Shown here: piece after piece, positions 7,467-10,386 of the stretch
How the letters are laid out: each line of letters begins with the position of its first letter
Position numbering within the stretch: position 1 is the first letter of the stretch
DNA from: a candidate division WOR-3 bacterium
GTDB lineage: Bacteria > Hydrothermota > Tepidihabitantia > SM23-42 > CAYGYG01
Assembly (NCBI GenBank): GCA_965648915.1
Contig: CBFGIV010000062.1
Coordinates: forward strand, 1 to 10,386
Direction: 5' to 3'
Length of the DNA stretch: 10,386 nucleotides
Translations under genes and position numbers: made by a program
Notes under the pieces: model-generated
What the model was told of the DNA's origin: nothing
Database searches by the model: none
The model's input: only the letters and a program-made list of their open reading frames with translations

Positions 7467-7484
7467 GGTTCTCAATAATTAAAG

Positions 7485-7836
7485 TGGAGGCGGTGGGAAT
7501 CGAACCCACGTCCGAAGTGCTTCAATGCATCGGTCTACATGCTTATCTCTTCTTTTATTCTCGTCTGACAATCTCCGAAGAGCAGGATATTATCGGACCA
7601 GTCTTATCAAACTCTCGCTTCAAAACCTTAAGACTAAGACCTTGAAGCCATCCAACTCTATATGACGCCGGGTCTTAAGCCGAGCTGGAAAGACTTAAGC
7701 CGACGTGGCTGGGTTAAGCAGCCAGTGCGTATCCCGTATTGGGATCTGTTTTTTGCCAGGTCGGATTAACGAGGTGACGAGCACCCTCGGCATGCCCGAA
7801 TGCATATCTTTCACTCCGTCGAAACCAGTCGCCCCC
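7485..7836 (-). ncRNA. ssrA: tmRNA (transfer-messenger RNA)
   Basis: 5' GGGGGCGACTGGTTTCGAC. 3' T-arm GTGGGTTCGATTCCCAC followed by CGCCTCC-A. 7-bp acceptor stem with G3.U wobble. GCATGCCGAGG...CCTCG pk1. Tag frame ending YALAA*. 352 nt. Full CCA is not encoded (A-CTTT follows). Confidence 0.97.
7714..7746 (-). other. tmRNA proteolysis tag reading frame (D)PNTGYALAA*
   Basis: GAT CCC AAT ACG GGA TAC GCA CTG GCT GCT TAA. The resume codon is either GAT (7746) or CCC (7743). Confidence 0.85.
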
Positions 7837-7845
7837 ATAATTAAA

Positions 7846-7873
7846 ACTATATTCAAAATTTGACGGATGTCAA
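7846..7873 (-). promoter_or_regulatory. sigma70-type promoter of ssrA
   Basis: TTGACA (7873-7868), 16 nt, TATAGT (7851-7846), ending 9 nt before the mature 5' end. Confidence 0.65.
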
Positions 7874-7964
7874 GAGAGCGATTCTGATTAAGAATCTCGA
7901 GATGTCAAATTCTCATCTAATTATGTGAAGATTCGGTCTCCATCACCCCGAACCAGATTTAACC

Positions 7965-9806
7965 TTATCTCAGTATTATCACCTTCTGGACTAATCCTGA
8001 ATATTCTCTACTGGATGCTAAATGCTCTCTTATAAAATAGACACCCGGCACCAGATGTCGCACATTATTTATCCCCGGCCGTAGTTTCATCACTTTCCGG
8101 CCCGAGATATCAAGCAGGCAAGCATCTTCCGCTCTGGGTAAAAACAAAACATCGCGCACAATAGTGGCAATCGATTTTATATGTCCTGCAGTATGCTGAG
8201 GAGGTTCCTCAATACCAGTTGGTCTAAATCGAAACCAGCCCGTGCGTTGTTGGTCATATTGATATGTAGGCAAGGGCATCGTCGCCGAAGTGTATCTACC
8301 TTGCGTGTTCCAGACATAGAAATTTCCATCTGAACCGGTCATCATAATCTCAATCAGCCCATCAGCATCAATATCATCCAATTGGGGCGTCTTTGACATC
8401 GGAATCCTGCCTTCAATAAAGGCGTGGCTTCCCTGATCAGGAAGCCAGTAAGTTGGAAATCCTCGTCTTGGCCAGCCGGGTAGGCTATCGCCCCGGTTGG
8501 TGACAATATAAAAAGCCGAATCGCAGGCAGCAGTGAGAATCTCCAGCCCAGGCAGAGTATCGATGTTCGCAATCCCCGGTGAATACCAGACGCCGTTGCG
8601 GGTCTGGTAGGGAAAGCCGGTTACCCTTGTGCCGTTATGATGAAATGCATGAATGTATCCACCCCAGTCACTTCCTGCTCCCACCAGACCAAAACTGCCA
8701 ACAATAATTTCCAGGTCGCCGTCGAGGTCAATGTCCGCAGCTGCGGGTGAGCCAAAGCAACGGGTAAAGGTAGGATTAAGGTATCCGGCATCAGTTGTCA
8801 GGTTGACGGGGAAACCGGGTAAAAGGTTAAGTGTGGTATCAAAAACATCGAGAAAGCCGGGCCGGCGCAGGATAACTATCTCCCAGTTGCCATCTTGATT
8901 CAAATCAGCAACTATTGGCGCCGCATAGTCGGGTGTAAATGAACTGCCTGGGCCTTCAGTCTGAACCGAACGTCGCAACGTCCCGTTATGATTGATAATA
9001 AAAAGCCGTCGCTCAAGCAGGTTCCAAGGGTTCTGACCGTTGAACTTCGCCTCATGGCAGATAATCTCCAGAAGACTGTCACCGTCAAGGTCAGCAACCG
9101 CCGGTTTTACCCATTGACCGTGCCGGTCGAGCGTGTCCTGATAAAACCAGAACTTCCAGAGTGAATCACCACGGGCACTGAAACAGTAAAGAGCGCTCCC
9201 GCACTTGCGGATGGAAGTGTTGTCCGTAACTTCGCAGAGCACCTCAGGGGTACCATTATGGTCAAGATCAGCAACTACCAGTTCTGAATAAGGACGTAGA
9301 TATGGGTCCTCGGGCCAACCGGGCAGAATATATGGCCAGCCGGGCAGGTCATTACCGGTGGTACCGTCCAGCGCATAAACTCGCGCCTTGTACTGAGGAG
9401 GGGTATTAAAATAGACATCGGTCAGAGGAAAAAGCAATTCATCCCGACCGTCACCGTTCAGATCGGCAATTGTAAAACCAGCAACCTCGACATTGCCGAT
9501 GTCGCCTATCTCCCTTGTCCAGAGTTCTTTCAAGTCATCGTCCAGCATTACCAGACGGGCAATATAACTTGAACCAACCAGTTTTGCAACCCGCAGAGCG
9601 ATCTCCTTTTCGGGATCAGCATCAACATTACCCATATTCACCGTTATACCCCAGACCCCACCTAATTCTACGACAGTATCAGTGCAATCTGCCGATTCGA
9701 CAATCTCATAATAGTTAATACCGGTTTCGTCAGTCCGACAAAGAGTTAAATCTGTTCCGGGTGGGATAATCAGTCCAGCAATCAAAGACACAATTATTAA
9801 CATCAT
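7965..9806 (-). CDS. Secreted FG-GAP/VCBS-repeat beta-propeller protein with T9SS-like C-terminal domain
   Basis: Hydrophobic N-terminus. About 8 Ca-binding-type blades (ADLNGDGRDE, ADLDHNGTPE, ADLDGDSLLE, ADLNQDGNWE, ADIDLDGDLE, DDIDADGLIE...) and recurring LPG(W/F)P. Tail GIEE...LLDISGRKV...PGVYFIRE...QKVIILR. AAGGAGG (9819-9813) favours ATG 9806 over TTG 9809. Confidence 0.85.
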   Translation of the reverse strand: MMLIIVSLIAGLIIPPGTDLTLCRTDETGINYYEIVESADCTDTVVELGGVWGITVNMGNVDADPEKEIALRVAKLVGSSYIARLVMLDDDLKELWTREIGDIGNVEVAGFTIADLNGDGRDELLFPLTDVYFNTPPQYKARVYALDGTTGNDLPGWPYILPGWPEDPYLRPYSELVVADLDHNGTPEVLCEVTDNTSIRKCGSALYCFSARGDSLWKFWFYQDTLDRHGQWVKPAVADLDGDSLLEIICHEAKFNGQNPWNLLERRLFIINHNGTLRRSVQTEGPGSSFTPDYAAPIVADLNQDGNWEIVILRRPGFLDVFDTTLNLLPGFPVNLTTDAGYLNPTFTRCFGSPAAADIDLDGDLEIIVGSFGLVGAGSDWGGYIHAFHHNGTRVTGFPYQTRNGVWYSPGIANIDTLPGLEILTAACDSAFYIVTNRGDSLPGWPRRGFPTYWLPDQGSHAFIEGRIPMSKTPQLDDIDADGLIEIMMTGSDGNFYVWNTQGRYTSATMPLPTYQYDQQRTGWFRFRPTGIEEPPQHTAGHIKSIATIVRDVLFLPRAEDACLLDISGRKVMKLRPGINNVRHLVPGVYFIREHLASSREYSGLVQKVIILR

Positions 9807-9886
9807 CAAACACCTCCTTTATTTTTAAACATCACAATAAAAACAGTCTATAAATTTATCAGCCGTCTTTACTTTAGAACTATTGT

Positions 9887-9914
9887 ATTCTAATTATTTA
9901 TACCATTCTGTCAA
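9887..9914 (-). promoter_or_regulatory. sigma70-type promoter for the FG-GAP gene
   Basis: TTGACA (9914-9909), 16 nt, TAGAAT (9892-9887). Confidence 0.5.
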
Positions 9915-9940
9915 TGATTTAGTAGAATCTTCGTTCACTA

Positions 9941-9968
9941 TTGACAACTGGCTTCAGACAAATATAAT
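9941..9968 (+). promoter_or_regulatory. Consensus sigma70-type promoter for the recombinase
   Basis: TTGACA (9941-9946), 16 nt, TATAAT (9963-9968), 8 nt, then ATG at 9977. No SD sequence. Confidence 0.7.
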
Positions 9969-9976
9969 AAAATACA

Positions 9977-10386
9977 ATGAATCGCCAAAGCTACAAACCA
10001 GCAATAAAAATTATAAAATTAGGTGAGAATAGAATCGGCATCTCTTTCCCTTATAATCCTGATTATGTAAAAAGAATTAAAACCATTACCGGACATAGGT
10101 GGCATCCTGATAGTAAATACTGGTCCTTCCCAAATACTAATGGAACTTTGGAGAAGATTTTAAGCATTTTCAAAGGCGAAAAAATCCATTTAGACCATGC
10201 CTTGCAAAATGTCATTGTGGAGAACAAAGTCGCCCCTGCGAAAGCAGAGAAGCAATTTCAAGCAGAATCTAATAGAATTTCCTCTCCCCTTGTGGGAGAG
10301 GATAAAGGTGAGGGGGATTTTAAAGATTTACGTCGAGAACTTCTCTCAAGAAAATACAGTTATAAAACTATAAAAACCTATCTCTA
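9977..10386 (+). CDS. 5' part of a tyrosine recombinase (integron-integrase/XerA-like) with HARP-like N-terminal extension, running off the window
   Basis: Open frame not in the ORF track: MNRQSYKPAIKIIKLGENRIGISFPYNPDYVKRIKTITGHRWHPDSKYWSFP...DFKDLRRELLSRKYSYKTIKTYL. The end matches the LxxRxYSxxTxxxY start of the integrase N-terminal SAM-like domain. The catalytic domain is not visible. Confidence 0.75.
   Translation, partial: MNRQSYKPAIKIIKLGENRIGISFPYNPDYVKRIKTITGHRWHPDSKYWSFPNTNGTLEKILSIFKGEKIHLDHALQNVIVENKVAPAKAEKQFQAESNRISSPLVGEDKGEGDFKDLRRELLSRKYSYKTIKTYL
10280..10316 (+). repeat. In-frame palindromic repeat element (SPLVGExxGEG type)
   Basis: TCCTCTCCC-CTTGT-GGGAGAGGA hairpin followed by TAAAGGTGAGGGGG. 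Resembles the widespread CCCTCTCCC..GGGAGAGGG..GGGTGAGGG repeat. Confidence 0.65.

Noticed and set aside
7485..7510. Stand-alone tRNA or att-site fragment
   Set aside because: It is the 3' end of the complete tmRNA, whose 5' end is at 7836.
7272..7645. + strand ORFs 7272-7478 and 7457-7645
   Set aside because: They are antisense to the flavoprotein gene and tmRNA. VEAVGIEPTS is the usual antisense translation of a tRNA-like 3' end.
7674..7703. Direct repeat CTTAAGCCGA
   Set aside because: Internal to tmRNA and explained by helix pairing in the pk2 region.
8354..9718. Short alternative-frame ORFs within the FG-GAP gene
   Set aside because: They are overlapping shadow ORFs without motifs.
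7485..10386. Genomic island integrated at ssrA by the right-hand integrase
   Set aside because: Such islands lie at the ssrA 3' end with a duplicated 3' fragment. Here the integrase is on the 5' side, 2.1 kb away, and no duplicate is seen in the window.
1..10386. CRISPR array, IS element or rRNA
   Set aside because: No regularly spaced repeats, transposase ORF, terminal inverted repeats or rRNA signature were seen.

Overview
Bacterial chromosomal window. The style of two T9SS-like C-terminal tails suggests candidate phylum WOR-3 or another FCB relative (inference). Left to right: (1) the 3' end of a secreted protein whose last 14 codons are duplicated 123 bp downstream; (2) a minus-strand operon of serine palmitoyltransferase-like AOS enzyme, YghO-like GNAT (probable bacterial ceramide synthase) and a homoisocitrate/isopropylmalate-family dehydrogenase; (3) a divergent HEAT-repeat lipoprotein; (4) a translationally coupled minus-strand operon of a TrxB-like flavoprotein lacking CxxC, an atypical RlmN/Cfr-like radical SAM enzyme lacking the resolving Cys, and MarC, directly downstream of (5) tmRNA (ssrA); (6) an FG-GAP propeller protein with a T9SS-like tail; (7) the 5' part of a tyrosine recombinase missed by the ORF track, with a HARP-like N-terminus and a linker containing decayed palindromic repeats. 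The best leads are the sphingolipid gene pair, the radical SAM/flavoreductase module and the integron-like integrase. All family calls come from motif recognition by eye; no database searches were run.
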